DNA of 64,000 nucleotides, from assembly GCA_036790915.1 (NCBI GenBank), contig DAIQIR010000005.1:434-64433 (forward strand), read 5' to 3'. The translations under genes were made by a program, and so were the position numbers. Shown piece after piece: positions 1 through 10,449 of the stretch. The DNA comes from Micrococcaceae bacterium. GTDB lineage: Bacteria; Actinomycetota; Actinomycetes; Actinomycetales; Micrococcaceae. Below the pieces are notes generated by a model. That model was not told the DNA's origin and did no database searches. It saw only the letters and a list, made by a program, of their open reading frames with translations. Numbering within the stretch: position 1 is the first letter of the stretch; every line of letters begins with the position of its first letter.

Positions 1-926
1 CGGTCCAGTACGGGCTGGTTGATGCCGCGGTGGCCGTAGCGCAGCTTGTAGGTGCCGAAGCCCAGGGCGCGTCCCAGGATCTGGTTGCCGAAACAGATAC
101 CGAAGTAGGGCAGCTTTTCGTCCAGGACGGAGCGCAGCAGCTTGACCTGGGCATCAGCCGTGGCGGGGTCGCCGGGGCCGTTGGACATAAAGAAGCCATC
201 CGGGTTGACGGCCTTGACGTCCTCGAGGGTGGAGGTTGCCGGCAGGACGTGGACCCGGACGCCGCGCTCGGCGAACCGGACGGGGGTCATGGCTTTGATG
301 CCGAGATCGATTGCGGCAATGCTTAAGCGCGGCTCGCCGTCCCAGCCGTGGTCCTTCGGCTCCACGACGTAGGCTTCCTCAACGCTGACTTCCTCAGCCA
401 GGCGGGCGCCTTCCATCGGCGCACTGGCCAGGACTGCGTCCAGGAGTTCCTTGTCCGGGATCTTGGCTGCGTCGCCGGAGAAGATGCCGGCGCGCATCGT
501 CTTGTGCTCGCGCAGGTGCCGGGTGATGGCGCGGGTGTCCACGCCCTGGATGCCGACGATCCCCTGCTCAATGAGCTCCTCGTCCAGCGAGCGTTCCGAG
601 CGCCAGTTGGACGGGCGGCGGGCGGCGTCGCGGACGATGTAGCCCGCCACCCAGATGCGGCGGGATTCGGCGTCGTCGCTGTTCACACCCGTGTTGCCGA
701 TGTGCGGTGCCGTCTGCACCACCAGCTGGCGGGCGTAGGAGGGGTCGGTGATGGTTTCCTGGTAGCCGGTCATGCCGGTGGCGAACACCGCTTCGCCCAG
801 GGCAGAGCCCTGCGCGCCGTAGCTGGTGCCGCGGAACATGCGCCCGTCCTCCAGGACGAATACCGCCGGGGTGGAAATGGCTGCTGGTGCCGCCGTCGCT
901 GCTTTTGCTGTCGCTGTGTCTGTCAC
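1..926 (-). CDS. carA: carbamoyl-phosphate synthase small subunit (partial, 3' end outside window)
   Basis: Not in ORF track because it runs off the edge. Hand translation from GTG at 926 gives ...[13 protein letters not shown]...[24 protein letters not shown]...APHIGNTG; pyr operon context. Confidence 0.95.
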   Translation of the reverse strand, partial: MTDTATAKAATAAPAAISTPAVFVLEDGRMFRGTSYGAQGSALGEAVFATGMTGYQETITDPSYARQLVVQTAPHIGNTGVNSDDAESRRIWVAGYIVRDAARRPSNWRSERSLDEELIEQGIVGIQGVDTRAITRHLREHKTMRAGIFSGDAAKIPDKELLDAVLASAPMEGARLAEEVSVEEAYVVEPKDHGWDGEPRLSIAAIDLGIKAMTPVRFAERGVRVHVLPATSTLEDVKAVNPDGFFMSNGPGDPATADAQVKLLRSVLDEKLPYFGICFGNQILGRALGFGTYKLRYGHRGINQPVLD

Positions 927-930
927 TGTC

Positions 931-1452
931 TTACTTTCCACTCTGGGGATCTGCCTGGGGAGCTGTGGCGATCAATTGCTGAAGGGAGTCATGGAGGACG
1001 TCTTTGTCGGCGGCCCTGCGGGTCCGGAAACCGGTGTCGAGTTCGTGGGTCCCGAGGTTCCAGGTGAGGACCAGGAGGCCGTCCTTTTCAACGAACTTGC
1101 CGGCCATTCCGCTTTCCTGCCGGACGGCGGTGAGGCTTCCTGCCGGGATGTAGAGTGCCGGGGCACCGGTTCTGTCGAAGAGGACGCCATGGGCGTACAC
1201 AGTGAGAACCGCGTTGGTCCGGATGCCGAGGCTGTGCACTGCGATGCGGTCGAGCCAGTCCCCGGCGGTGGTGGAGGCAACGTACTGGCCCTCCGCGCCG
1301 GCGACCGGGACCCCGGGCGCCTCGGGCACGGCCGGCAACGGCTCGACGTCGGCCTGCCGCCTGAGGCGGTTGCGCCAGCCGAGTCCGATCATGACCAGGA
1401 CGACGGCGACGAGCACCGCCGTGATAAGGCCTGTGAGGAGCTTGGTGTCCAT
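931..1452 (-). CDS. conserved membrane-anchored protein of the actinobacterial pyr operon (N-terminal TM helix, probable PH-like domain)
   Basis: 173 aa; hydrophobic N-terminus; [14 protein letters not shown] motif; lies between pyrC and carA and overlaps the pyrC stop. Confidence 0.8.
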   Translation of the reverse strand: MDTKLLTGLITAVLVAVVLVMIGLGWRNRLRRQADVEPLPAVPEAPGVPVAGAEGQYVASTTAGDWLDRIAVHSLGIRTNAVLTVYAHGVLFDRTGAPALYIPAGSLTAVRQESGMAGKFVEKDGLLVLTWNLGTHELDTGFRTRRAADKDVLHDSLQQLIATAPQADPQSGK

Positions 1453-2804
1453 CAGGAGGCGCCTGCCGCAGACGCCGCCGGTTCCCGGTACGGCGTGTTG
1501 AGCTTGCCGTCCAGGACGGTGGGGTGGCCCTTGTAGAAGGTGGCCACCACCTGGCCCGGCAGCTCCAGGCCGGCGAACGGGGAGTTGCGGCCCATGGTCG
1601 CCATCCGGGCCGGGTCAACGGTCCACCGTGCAGCGGGGTCCACCAGGATGATGTTGGCGGGTTCGCCGGTTTCCAGCGGGCGGCCCTGGTCCGTCAGGCG
1701 GCCGATCTGTGCGGCCGCGGTGGATGTCACCCGGGCGAAATCGGCCCAGGTCATCAGGCCGGTCTCGATCATGGAGTGCTGGACCACGGAGAGGGCGGTT
1801 TCCAGCCCGGTCATGCCCATGGCTGCCTGCGCCCATTCGCATTCCTTGTGCTCGCTGGGGTGCGGGGCGTGGTCGGTGCCCACCACATCGATGGTGCCGT
1901 CGGCCAGGCCGGCACGCAGGGCCTGCACATCCGCGTCCGTCCGCAGGGGCGGGTTGACTTTGTAGACGGGGTTGTAGCTGCGGACCAGGTCATCGGTGAG
2001 CAGGAGGTGGTGCGGGGTGACCTCGGCGGTGACGTTGATGCCGCGTTCCTTGGCCCAGCGGATGATCTCCACGGAGCCGGCGGTGGAGACGTGGCAGACG
2101 TGCAGGCGGGAGTTCACGTGCTGCGCCAGCAGGACGTCTCGGGCGATGATGCTCTCCTCGGCGACCGCCGGCCAGCCGGTGAGTCCCAGGACCGCCGAGA
2201 CGGCGCCCTCGTTCATCTGAGCCCCAGCGGTGAGGCGGGGTTCCTGAGCGTGCTGGGCCACGACGCCGTCGAACGCCTTGACGTACTCCAGGGCGCGGCG
2301 CATTAACACGGGATCGTGGACGCAGAGGCCGTCGTCGGAGAACATGCGTACCTGGGCGCGGGAATCGGCCATGGCACCGAGCTCGGCGAGTTGCTCGCCG
2401 GCCAGTCCCACGGTCACGGCGCCGACGGGGCGGACGTCCACCCAGCCGGCCGCGCGGCCCAGGCTGTGGACCTGTTCCACCACACCGGCGGTATCTGCCA
2501 CCGGATTGCTGTTGGCCATGGCGTGTACGGCGGTGAAGCCGCCCAGCGCTGCGGCGCGCGTGCCTGTCTCAACAGTTTCGGCATCTTCGCGGCCGGGTTC
2601 GCGCAGGTGCGTGTGCACGTCCACCATGCCGGGCAGGGCCACCAGCCCGGCGGCCTCAATCACGGTGGCGCCGTGCGCGTCGTTGTGGGCGGCCGCGGCG
2701 GCCCCCCGGGCGGCGATAACGCCGTCACTGATGAGCAGGTCCTCGGCCCCGGCGCCCAGGATCGACGCACCACGGATCAGGTAGGTTCCGTTGTTCTTTG
2801 CCAT
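1452..2804 (-). CDS. pyrC: dihydroorotase
   Basis: DVHTHLREPG, KVNPPLR and TDHAPH metal-binding/signature motifs. Confidence 0.96.
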   Translation of the reverse strand: MAKNNGTYLIRGASILGAGAEDLLISDGVIAARGAAAAAHNDAHGATVIEAAGLVALPGMVDVHTHLREPGREDAETVETGTRAAALGGFTAVHAMANSNPVADTAGVVEQVHSLGRAAGWVDVRPVGAVTVGLAGEQLAELGAMADSRAQVRMFSDDGLCVHDPVLMRRALEYVKAFDGVVAQHAQEPRLTAGAQMNEGAVSAVLGLTGWPAVAEESIIARDVLLAQHVNSRLHVCHVSTAGSVEIIRWAKERGINVTAEVTPHHLLLTDDLVRSYNPVYKVNPPLRTDADVQALRAGLADGTIDVVGTDHAPHPSEHKECEWAQAAMGMTGLETALSVVQHSMIETGLMTWADFARVTSTAAAQIGRLTDQGRPLETGEPANIILVDPAARWTVDPARMATMGRNSPFAGLELPGQVVATFYKGHPTVLDGKLNTPYREPAASAAGAS

Positions 2805-3847
2805 CAGTTGCTCTCCTTGGTCGAATGGGCGGCGTTCGAATGCGCTGCATTGGTGCGGGCTGCGCCCGCCGTGGCGGCTGGTTCGCGGGTATCCCCGGAG
2901 AGCAGCAGGTACAGGGCGGCCATCCGCACCGAGACGCCGTTGCGCACCTGCGCGAGCACGGTGGAGCGGGGCGAGTCGGCTGCAGCGGCGGAAATTTCCA
3001 GGCCCCGGTTCATGGGTCCGGGGTGCATGATGATGGTGTCTTTCAGTCCCAGGCTGTCCAGCGCCCGGAGCCGGTTGTCATCGAAGCCCCAGCGGCGCGA
3101 GTATTCGCGGGTGGACGGGAAGAACGAGGCATTCATCCGCTCGCCCTGCACCCGGAGCATCATCACGGCGTCCACACCCCGGGCCAGGGTTTCATCCAAG
3201 TTGTAGCTGACCTTGCAGGGCCAATGTTCGACGCCGATGGGCAGCAGGGTAGGTGGCGCCACGAGGGTGACGTCGGCGCCGAGCGTGCGGAGCAGCCAGA
3301 CGTTGGAGCGGGCCACCCGGGAGTGCAGGACGTCCCCGGCGATGGCCACGCGCATGCCCTTGAGGTCGGCCCCGATGGAGGCGGTGCCCGCCAGCTTTGA
3401 CCAGTGCCGGCGCATGGTGAAGGCGTCCAGGAGGGCCTGCGTGGGGTGTTCGTGGGTGCCGTCGCCGGCATTGATGACGGCGGCGTCGATCCAGTCCGTG
3501 GCGGCGAGCCGGTGCGGCGCGCCGGAGGCCCAGTGACGGATCACGACGGCGTCGGCGCCCATCGCTGCCAGCGTCTGGGCCGTGTCCTTGAGGGATTCGC
3601 CCTTGGAGACGGAGGAGCCTTTGGCGGCAAAGTTGATGACGTCAGCGGACAGCCTCTTGGCGGCCGCCTCGAAGGAGATCCGGGTGCGGGTTGAGTCTTC
3701 GAAGAAGAGGTTCACCACGGTCCGGCCGCGGAGGGCGGGGAGCTTCTTGACTTCGCGGTCCCCCACGGCAGCCATTTCTTCAGCGGTGTCGAGGATGCGG
3801 ATGGCGTTGGCCAGGCTGAGGTCTTCAGTGGAGAGGAGGTGTTTCAT
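2804..3847 (-). CDS. pyrB: aspartate carbamoyltransferase catalytic subunit
   Basis: [21 protein letters not shown] motifs. Confidence 0.97.
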   Translation of the reverse strand: MKHLLSTEDLSLANAIRILDTAEEMAAVGDREVKKLPALRGRTVVNLFFEDSTRTRISFEAAAKRLSADVINFAAKGSSVSKGESLKDTAQTLAAMGADAVVIRHWASGAPHRLAATDWIDAAVINAGDGTHEHPTQALLDAFTMRRHWSKLAGTASIGADLKGMRVAIAGDVLHSRVARSNVWLLRTLGADVTLVAPPTLLPIGVEHWPCKVSYNLDETLARGVDAVMMLRVQGERMNASFFPSTREYSRRWGFDDNRLRALDSLGLKDTIIMHPGPMNRGLEISAAAADSPRSTVLAQVRNGVSVRMAALYLLLSGDTREPAATAGAARTNAAHSNAAHSTKESN

Positions 3848-4431
3848 GCGCCACCCTCGATAACCACTTCGTTGACAACGGAACCGTCGGCGGCGGTGTC
3901 GGTTTCCTCAAGGCGGACCCTGACCTTTTCGACGGACGAGGTGGGCAGGTTCTTGCCCACGTGGTCGGCCCGGATGGGCAGCTCGCGGTGGCCGCGGTCG
4001 ATCAGCACAGCGAGCCGGACGATCCGCGGACGGCCGAGGTCGATAATGGCGTCAAGGGCGGCACGGATGGTGCGGCCGGAGTACAGGACATCATCAATGA
4101 GCACCACAACTTTGTTATCGATCCCCGTGCGCGGGAGTTGGGTGGGGTACGGCGGCCTGGTGGGCTGGTGGGAAAGGTCATCGCGGAACATGGTGACGTC
4201 CAGCTGCCCGACAATGGCGGTGGCGTCCACAGTGGGGTCGGCGGCGGCGATCTTGTGTGCCAGGCGGACTGCCAGCGGATAGCCGCGGCGCGGGATGCCC
4301 AGCAGGACCAGGTCCTTGGACCCTTTGTTGGCCTCGAGGATCTCATGGGCGATTCGAGTGAGTGCACGGTCAATGTCGGCCTGGTTGAGGACAACCCTGG
4401 CTGGAACCGGTGCGTTTGTGACAGCAGTCAA
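3844..4431 (-). CDS. pyrR: pyrimidine operon regulator / uracil phosphoribosyltransferase PyrR
   Basis: [16 protein letters not shown] motif and [15 protein letters not shown] start. Confidence 0.95.
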   Translation of the reverse strand: MTAVTNAPVPARVVLNQADIDRALTRIAHEILEANKGSKDLVLLGIPRRGYPLAVRLAHKIAAADPTVDATAIVGQLDVTMFRDDLSHQPTRPPYPTQLPRTGIDNKVVVLIDDVLYSGRTIRAALDAIIDLGRPRIVRLAVLIDRGHRELPIRADHVGKNLPTSSVEKVRVRLEETDTAADGSVVNEVVIEGGA

Positions 4432-4440
4432 ACTCTCGTC

Positions 4441-4480
4441 TCCCCTTTCCCCGCCTCACGGGACGGAATTAAAAAAGGAT
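4441..4480 (-). promoter_or_regulatory. PyrR-binding RNA element overlapping the pyrR ribosome-binding site
   Basis: Minus strand reads ATCCTTTTTTAATTCCGTCCCGTGAGGCGGGGAAAGGGGA: a U-rich arm plus GUCCNGNGAGGC core similar to the PyrR binding loop, running into the SD region. Confidence 0.7.
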
Positions 4481-4531
4481 CATTTGCGTTTCAAAATTAC
4501 CACACCGGCAGGGGCATCATAGGCTTCCAGT

Positions 4532-5794
4532 ATGTCCATGCACCCTCATCAGCCGGGTCCCGGCCAGGCCGGCGGGCCCGCCGGACCACAGGATCCCTTC
4601 CCCGGGCAGGCCAACCCCAGCTGGATGGGCCGGATTGAACCGGAGTACTACCGCCCCGCGCCCGGAACCAACGCAGCTCCGCTGCCCGCTGTGGGGCCTG
4701 CGCCGGCAAGCCTGGCAGGCAGCCGGCCCACAGGGCTGCTGGCGCTCACGGTAGGGGGCGCCGCGATGGTCTTCCTCAGCCTGTTCCTGGTGGTGCCGTT
4801 CCTGCTGGCCAACACCGGGGTGGGCGGGTTCCTGGTGGGGTTTGTAGTGTCGCTGATCCCGCTGTCCGCCGTGCTCCTGGCCGTCTACCTGATCGACCGG
4901 TGGGAACCGGAACCCAAGCGGCTCCTGTTCTTCGCATTTACCTGGGGCGCGGCAGTGTCCATCGCCGTAACCCTGCTCGTCCAGCCGTTTTTTGCCCTGA
5001 CCTTCCAGTTCGCCGACGTGGCTGACTTCCGGACATTTATGGCCACCGTCCAGGCACCGGTGGTGGAGGAGTTCGCCAAGTCCCTGGGCCTGCTGCTGAT
5101 CCTGCTGCTGGCACGCAAACACTTCGACGGGCCGGTGGACGGTGTGGTGTTCGCCTTCACCATTGCCGGCGGTTTCGCATTCACCGAAAACATTCTGTAC
5201 TTCGGCCGGGCCATCGCCGAATCCGCCAGCCCGGCAACCGACCTGGCCCAGATCTTCCTGCTACGCGGCGTGATGTCCCCGTTCGCGCATGCAATTTTCA
5301 CCGGAACCACCGGCCTCGTCATGGGTTTCGCGGCCCGCCGCTGGCACTCGGGGGCCTCTGTTCTGGCCTTTTTCATCGGACTGATCCCGGCGATGCTGCT
5401 GCATAACAGGTGGAACAGCATGGGTGCGGGGTTCCCGGCGGAGTACATCCTGATCCAGATGCCCATCTTTGTGCTGGCCGTTGTGGGAATCATCCTGCTC
5501 CGCGTCGCTGAAAACCGTCTCACGCGCCAACGGCTCCTGGAATATTCCGCGGCCGGCTGGTTCAGCCCCGCGGAAGTTGAACTGCTGGCCACACCGCGCG
5601 GCCGGCGGACGGCCCTGCACTGGGCCGGCGGCTATAGCCGGCGCGCGCAGATGAAGGCGTTCCTGCATGCTGCAACCCAGTTGGCCTTCATCAGGCAGCG
5701 CATCCTCAGCGGCCGGGACGTCAGGCTGCACCAAGCCGAGGAACAGCAGCAACTGCAGCGCATCCTGTCCTTGCGGGCTGCAGTCGCGAGCTGA
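4532..5794 (+). CDS. PrsW-family intramembrane glutamic protease
   Basis: APVVEEFAK, GFAFTENILY, HAIFT and LLHNRWN motifs; multiple TM segments. Confidence 0.9.
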   Translation: MSMHPHQPGPGQAGGPAGPQDPFPGQANPSWMGRIEPEYYRPAPGTNAAPLPAVGPAPASLAGSRPTGLLALTVGGAAMVFLSLFLVVPFLLANTGVGGFLVGFVVSLIPLSAVLLAVYLIDRWEPEPKRLLFFAFTWGAAVSIAVTLLVQPFFALTFQFADVADFRTFMATVQAPVVEEFAKSLGLLLILLLARKHFDGPVDGVVFAFTIAGGFAFTENILYFGRAIAESASPATDLAQIFLLRGVMSPFAHAIFTGTTGLVMGFAARRWHSGASVLAFFIGLIPAMLLHNRWNSMGAGFPAEYILIQMPIFVLAVVGIILLRVAENRLTRQRLLEYSAAGWFSPAEVELLATPRGRRTALHWAGGYSRRAQMKAFLHAATQLAFIRQRILSGRDVRLHQAEEQQQLQRILSLRAAVAS

Positions 5795-5819
5795 GTCGGG
5801 CGATGCCGGGATCCCCCGG

Positions 5820-6665
5820 CTACGTTCTTTGGAGGGCTTCGGGCAGTGCCGTCATTGACAATGCCTCATCGAGCACTTTGCCGAAGTTCTCCGCATCGTG
5901 CGCAAACCGGCCGAGAAAGAGCCCGGAGACGCCGTCGAGCGCGGGCAGGAGCCCCGGCTTTGCCGACCCGCCATAGATGACCGGCAGCTCCCCCAGGGCG
6001 CTGCCTGCCTCGTGCGAATGGGCGGCAAGGAGCTTCCGCAGCGAACCCACGACGGCGGCGACGTACCGTGCGCCGGCGTGCTCTGCTGCGCCAATGGCCC
6101 AGACCGGTTCATAGGCGACAACGAGCCGGGACGCCAGGGACCAGTCACCGCCAACCGCCTCGGCGATCTGCTGATGGACAAACGCGGCCGCGCGGCCTGC
6201 CCCGGTCGCGCTCCTCTCATCCCGGGTTTCCTCGCCGACGCACAGCAGCGGCGTGATGCCGGCGTCGTCGGCCGCCCTGACCTTCCGGGCGATCATCGTG
6301 TTGTCTTCGCCGAAGTGCCGCCGCCGTTCGGCATGGCCGATCTCCACGAGTCGGACCCCCAGCTCCGCCAGGAGCGACGGCGACACCTCACCTGTCCACG
6401 GGCCGTCCGCCCAGCCGCAGTTTTGGGCGCCGAGCAGAAGCGGTGATCCTGCGATGACGCTCCCGGCGGCCGGAAGGACCGGGAAGGAAGGAATCACAAA
6501 CGGGACAACCCGCCCGGCCACAAGGGCCGGACGGGAGTCCACTTCATGCTGGATGCGGGCGAGCCAGTCCAGGCAGTCCCTGTACCCCATGTACATTTTG
6601 GTGCTGACGCCGATGTAGAGGATCTCCGGGATGGTGCTGTGACCAGCGCTGCTGCAGTCAGGCAT
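5820..6665 (-). CDS. triosephosphate-isomerase-family protein (possible L-erythrulose-1-phosphate isomerase, LerI-like)
   Basis: IGHAERR, AYEPVWAIG and YGGS motifs; STKMY replaces the canonical NWKM; in an operon with DhaKL and RpiB. Confidence 0.85.
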   Translation of the reverse strand: MPDCSSAGHSTIPEILYIGVSTKMYMGYRDCLDWLARIQHEVDSRPALVAGRVVPFVIPSFPVLPAAGSVIAGSPLLLGAQNCGWADGPWTGEVSPSLLAELGVRLVEIGHAERRRHFGEDNTMIARKVRAADDAGITPLLCVGEETRDERSATGAGRAAAFVHQQIAEAVGGDWSLASRLVVAYEPVWAIGAAEHAGARYVAAVVGSLRKLLAAHSHEAGSALGELPVIYGGSAKPGLLPALDGVSGLFLGRFAHDAENFGKVLDEALSMTALPEALQRT

Positions 6666-6674
6666 GGTGTCCGG

Positions 6675-8033
6675 TCACTTCTTGTCGAGCAGATCGTCTG
6701 CCTTGTTGCTGAACCTCTTGGTGGCGAACATCATGATGGCCGCCACGAACGGAAGTACGCCCAGGGCGTAGACGCCCATGGTGCCGGTGTCCGATGCGGT
6801 GACCTGGTTGACCGTGGTCCGCAGGATGGGGGCGACGAAACCGCCCAGATTACCCAACGAGTTGATCAGGCCGATGCCGGCGGCGGCCGCCGTTCCGGTG
6901 AGGAACGCCGTCGGGTAGGACCACGCGATGGGACCGATCGAGAGGAAGCTGCACACCGCAAGTGTGATGAAAATGATGCCCAACACCGGTAGGTGGTTGG
7001 AGCCCGCCCAGGCGGAGCCGAAGATGCACAGGCCGGTGGAGGCAAACAGGCCGGTGCCCCAGACTCGGCGGCGGACGATCGTGTTGGCTGCCTTGCCGAT
7101 GAAGTAGCACGCGAAGATGCCGAAGAACCAGGGGATGGCGGCCAGTAGGCCCACTTCGAAGCCCACCTTCTGCCCGGTAAGCTGCGCCACCTGCTGTGGC
7201 AGGTAGAACGTGACGCCGTAGACGGCAATCTGTAGGCAGAAATAGATGGCAGTGAAGTACCAGACCTTGCGGTTCTTCATGGCGGCGAGGACACCGCGGG
7301 GGCCGTCCTTTTCCTTGACGCCGTCTTCCAGGGCCATAACGTCCAGGAGCGCCTTCTTCTCGTCCTTGTCCAGGAACTTCGCGTCCTGCGGGGAGTTGAT
7401 GAGGAAGAAGTAGGCAGCAATACCGGCGAGTAACGCCAGCATGCCTTCAACGAAGAACATGACCTGCCAGCCGGCCACACCGGGAACCTGGTCGCCGATG
7501 TTGATAAGCCACCCCGACAGCGGGGCGCCCATCATCTGGGAGAACGGCTGTGCCAGGTAGAAAATGGCGAACATCTTCACGCGCACCTTGTTGGGGAACC
7601 AGGCGGCCAGGAACATGATGACGCCCGGGAACAGGCCGGCCTCGGTCACGCCCAGCAGGAAGCGCAGGATGATGAAGGAGGTCTCGCCCTGGACGAAAGC
7701 GAAGCAGGCGGAAACGATGCCCCACGTGATGGCGATGCGGGCCAGCCACATTTTGGCGCCGAATTTGGTCAGCAGCAGGTTGGACGGGATCTCGAACAAC
7801 GCATAGCCGATGAAGAAGATACCGGCGCCGAGCGCATACGCGCCGGCCGTGATGCCTTTGTCCACCTCCAGTGCTGACTCGGCAAAGCCCACGTTGGTGC
7901 GGTCCAGGAACGCCACGACGTACAGGATGACGAGCATCGGCATCAGCCGGAAGGAGGCTTTGGAGATCGCCGATTTAAGGACCGGTGAATCCAGTAGCTC
8001 CTTGGTGGCGGATGTTCCAGTGGTGACAGTCAT
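6675..8033 (-). CDS. MFS transporter, ACS/sugar-acid type
   Basis: FLDRTNVGFA, FEIPSN, RFLLGVTEAGLFPG and GLINSLGNLGGF motifs typical of anion:cation symporters. Confidence 0.9.
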   Translation of the reverse strand: MTVTTGTSATKELLDSPVLKSAISKASFRLMPMLVILYVVAFLDRTNVGFAESALEVDKGITAGAYALGAGIFFIGYALFEIPSNLLLTKFGAKMWLARIAITWGIVSACFAFVQGETSFIILRFLLGVTEAGLFPGVIMFLAAWFPNKVRVKMFAIFYLAQPFSQMMGAPLSGWLINIGDQVPGVAGWQVMFFVEGMLALLAGIAAYFFLINSPQDAKFLDKDEKKALLDVMALEDGVKEKDGPRGVLAAMKNRKVWYFTAIYFCLQIAVYGVTFYLPQQVAQLTGQKVGFEVGLLAAIPWFFGIFACYFIGKAANTIVRRRVWGTGLFASTGLCIFGSAWAGSNHLPVLGIIFITLAVCSFLSIGPIAWSYPTAFLTGTAAAAGIGLINSLGNLGGFVAPILRTTVNQVTASDTGTMGVYALGVLPFVAAIMMFATKRFSNKADDLLDKK

Positions 8034-8088
8034 TCAAACTCCTCGTTGAGTCAGTTGGTGAGCAAATCAGAGGGAGGTGATGGAGCGA

Positions 8089-8181
8089 TCAGAGCGGGAA
8101 TGCGATGAGCGCCGCGCCGACCAGGCAAGCGATCACGCCCACGGCCAGGTAAATTCTGCGTTCCTTGGTCCAGGAGCCCAT
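8089..8181 (-). CDS. 30-aa single-TM small protein (not in ORF track)
   Basis: MGSWTKERRIYLAVGVIACLVGAALIAFPL*; AGGAAGGA SD overlapping the SDR stop, 5 nt before ATG; GC-rich third positions. Confidence 0.65.
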   Translation of the reverse strand: MGSWTKERRIYLAVGVIACLVGAALIAFPL

Positions 8182-8192
8182 GGTGGTCCTTC

Positions 8193-8960
8193 CTAGTGCA
8201 TGTAGAGTCCGCCATCCACGTTCAGCGTCTGGCCGGAGATGTACCCGGCGTCCTCGCTGATGAGGAAGGCGATGGCTGCTGCGATGTCGCGGGTGGAACC
8301 GACGCGGTTAACCACGAGGTCCTTGGTCAGTTCATCCTTGCGTTCCTGGCTGAGCGTGCCGCCCATGATGTCGGTGTCGATGGGGCCGGGGGAAATGGCA
8401 TTGACCGTGATGTCGTACTCCCCCAGTTCGCGGGCGGTGGAACGGGTCAGGCCGATCACCCCGGCTTTGGCGACGGAGTATGGGGTCTTGGAGAAGGTGC
8501 CGCCGCCGCGCTGCGCGGATACCGAGGAGATGTTCACGATGCGCCCGATCCGGTTCCTGACCATGGATTCGGCCACGCGGCGGGTGGCGTAGTGCACTCC
8601 GTTGAGGTTGATGTTCAGGACCCGGTCCCATTCCGCGGCGTCCAGGTCCAGGTACGCGACCGGCGAGCTGACACCGGCCACATTGGCCAGGGCGACGATC
8701 TGCGGCAGTTCGGCCTCGAGCTCATCGATTGCCGAACGGACAGATGCTTCGTCGCCGACGTCGGCGCCGACACCGCGTGCTTTCACGTTGTAGTGCTCGG
8801 CGATTTCCTTGGCGGTGGCCTTGCAGCGGGCGTCGTCGAGGTCGATGATGCCGATGCTCCAGCCTTGTGCGGCCAGGTAGTTGACTGTGGCGCGGCCGAT
8901 GCCGCGTTCTGAGACTGCGCCGGTGACGATGGCGGTGCGTGCTGCGGGGAAAGTGCTCAT
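8193..8960 (-). CDS. short-chain dehydrogenase/reductase (SDR)
   Basis: TGAVSERGIG, NVAG, YSVAK (YxxxK) and VNAISPG motifs. Confidence 0.93.
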   Translation of the reverse strand: MSTFPAARTAIVTGAVSERGIGRATVNYLAAQGWSIGIIDLDDARCKATAKEIAEHYNVKARGVGADVGDEASVRSAIDELEAELPQIVALANVAGVSSPVAYLDLDAAEWDRVLNINLNGVHYATRRVAESMVRNRIGRIVNISSVSAQRGGGTFSKTPYSVAKAGVIGLTRSTARELGEYDITVNAISPGPIDTDIMGGTLSQERKDELTKDLVVNRVGSTRDIAAAIAFLISEDAGYISGQTLNVDGGLYMH

Positions 8961-8983
8961 GGGATTCTCCTTGAAGGGTGGTG

Positions 8984-9952
8984 CTAGTTGATGGGGGCCG
9001 GGCCGAGCTCGTCAATGAGCTTCTGCATGGCGACGTAGGCCTTGTTGCGGTACGCGATGAGTTCGGGGGTGCGCTCCGCCGGGACGTTGAGGAATCCCGC
9101 GCCGGACTTGGTGCCCAGCTTGCCCGCCTCCACCAGGTCGCTGAGGATCTTGGGCGTGGCAAAGCGCTCAGGGAATTCGGACTGAAGCGACCTGTAGCAG
9201 AAGTTGTAGACGTCCAGGCCGGCCATGTCTGCGATGGCAAACGGGCCGAAGAACGGCAAGCGGAAGCCGAAGGTGGTACGGACGAGGGTGTCGACGTCTT
9301 CGGCGGTCGCAATGCCCTGCTCCACCAGCTGGGCAGCTTCATGGAACAGCGCGTACTGCAGGCGGTTGAGGACGAAACCCGTGACGTCCTTGACCACGGC
9401 GGTCTGCTTGCCGGCGGCATGGACCAGATCCCGGACAGCGCCTACCGTAGCCGCCGACGTGCCTGCATGCGGGATGACTTCCACGCCAGGGATAAACGGA
9501 GACGGGTTCGAGAAGTGCACGCCCAGGAACCGCTCCGGGTTGGTGACCGGCTCGGACAGTTCGGCGATGGAGATCGTGGACGTGTTGGAGCCGATGATGG
9601 CGTCCGGCCGGGCCGCTGCGCTGATCCGGGCCAGCGTCTGGTGCTTGATGGCGATGACTTCAGGTACTGCTTCTTCGATGAAGTCGGCATCGGCGACGGC
9701 TTCCTCGATGTCCTTGGCCGCCCAGAGGTTCTGCTTCAGGATTTCGGTGGAACCCGCCGGGAACAGCCCGTCCGCCACGAACTGGTCCGACTCTGCCAGG
9801 AGCCTGTCGTAGTTGCTCTGCGCCACTTCTGCGGACACGTCGGCCAGGGCGACGCGGGCTCCGCCCAGCGCCAGGACCTGGGCTATGCCGCCGCCCATGT
9901 AGCCGGAGCCGACGACGGCGATGTTGCGTGAGCTGTTTGGTGTTGTGGTCAT
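8984..9952 (-). CDS. 3-hydroxyacyl-CoA dehydrogenase family NAD-dependent oxidoreductase (family includes lambda-crystallin/L-gulonate 3-dehydrogenase)
   Basis: GSGYMGGGIA, EAVPE, GSNTS, HFSNP and GFVLNRLQ motifs; start moved to ATG 9952 just after the rpiB stop. Confidence 0.9.
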   Translation of the reverse strand: MTTTPNSSRNIAVVGSGYMGGGIAQVLALGGARVALADVSAEVAQSNYDRLLAESDQFVADGLFPAGSTEILKQNLWAAKDIEEAVADADFIEEAVPEVIAIKHQTLARISAAARPDAIIGSNTSTISIAELSEPVTNPERFLGVHFSNPSPFIPGVEVIPHAGTSAATVGAVRDLVHAAGKQTAVVKDVTGFVLNRLQYALFHEAAQLVEQGIATAEDVDTLVRTTFGFRLPFFGPFAIADMAGLDVYNFCYRSLQSEFPERFATPKILSDLVEAGKLGTKSGAGFLNVPAERTPELIAYRNKAYVAMQKLIDELGPAPIN

Positions 9953-9954
9953 GG

Positions 9955-10449
9955 TCAGACTGCTTTCGTGTGGTCGGGTTCGTAGGAGCCGATGGCGTCC
10001 ACCTTGGCGGCGGAGGATGAGGTCTCGTCGAAGCGGTAGTCGAGCCACTCGCCTACCAGCTTCTTTGCCAGTTCCAGGCCGATCACCCGCTGGCCCATGG
10101 TGAGCACCTGGGCGTTGTTGCTCAGCACCGAGCGTTCCACGGAGTATCCGTCGTGGGCGGTAACTGCACGGATCCCGGGAACCTTGTTGGCCGCGATGGC
10201 TACGCCCAGCCCGGTACCGCAGATCAGCAGCGCGCGGTCGGCCCCGCCGCTGGCCACCTTGCGGGCGGCGTCGACGGCCACGTGCGGGTACGCGGTGGTG
10301 TCGTTCGTCCCGACGCCCACGTCCACGACGGACGCGACGCGGCTGTCCGCCTCGAGCAGCGCCTTAAGGGCCTCCTTGTATTCGACGCCGGCTTCATCGT
10401 TGCCGATGATGATGCGCCATCCGGGGGCAGCGCTCGGGCTCGCGTTCAT
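9955..10449 (-). CDS. RpiB/LacA/LacB-family sugar-phosphate isomerase (possible D-erythrulose-4-phosphate isomerase, DerI-like)
   Basis: [20 protein letters not shown] and SNNAQVL motifs. Confidence 0.9.
   Translation of the reverse strand: MNASPSAAPGWRIIIGNDEAGVEYKEALKALLEADSRVASVVDVGVGTNDTTAYPHVAVDAARKVASGGADRALLICGTGLGVAIAANKVPGIRAVTAHDGYSVERSVLSNNAQVLTMGQRVIGLELAKKLVGEWLDYRFDETSSSAAKVDAIGSYEPDHTKAV

Noticed and set aside
5820..6665. Housekeeping tpiA
   Set aside because: Divergent N-terminal motif (STKMY) and not in a gap-pgk operon; treated as a paralogue
8984..9952. Fatty-acid beta-oxidation role for the 3-hydroxyacyl-CoA dehydrogenase homologue
   Set aside because: No thiolase, hydratase, acyl-CoA dehydrogenase or ligase nearby, and the context is purely carbohydrate; not formally excluded
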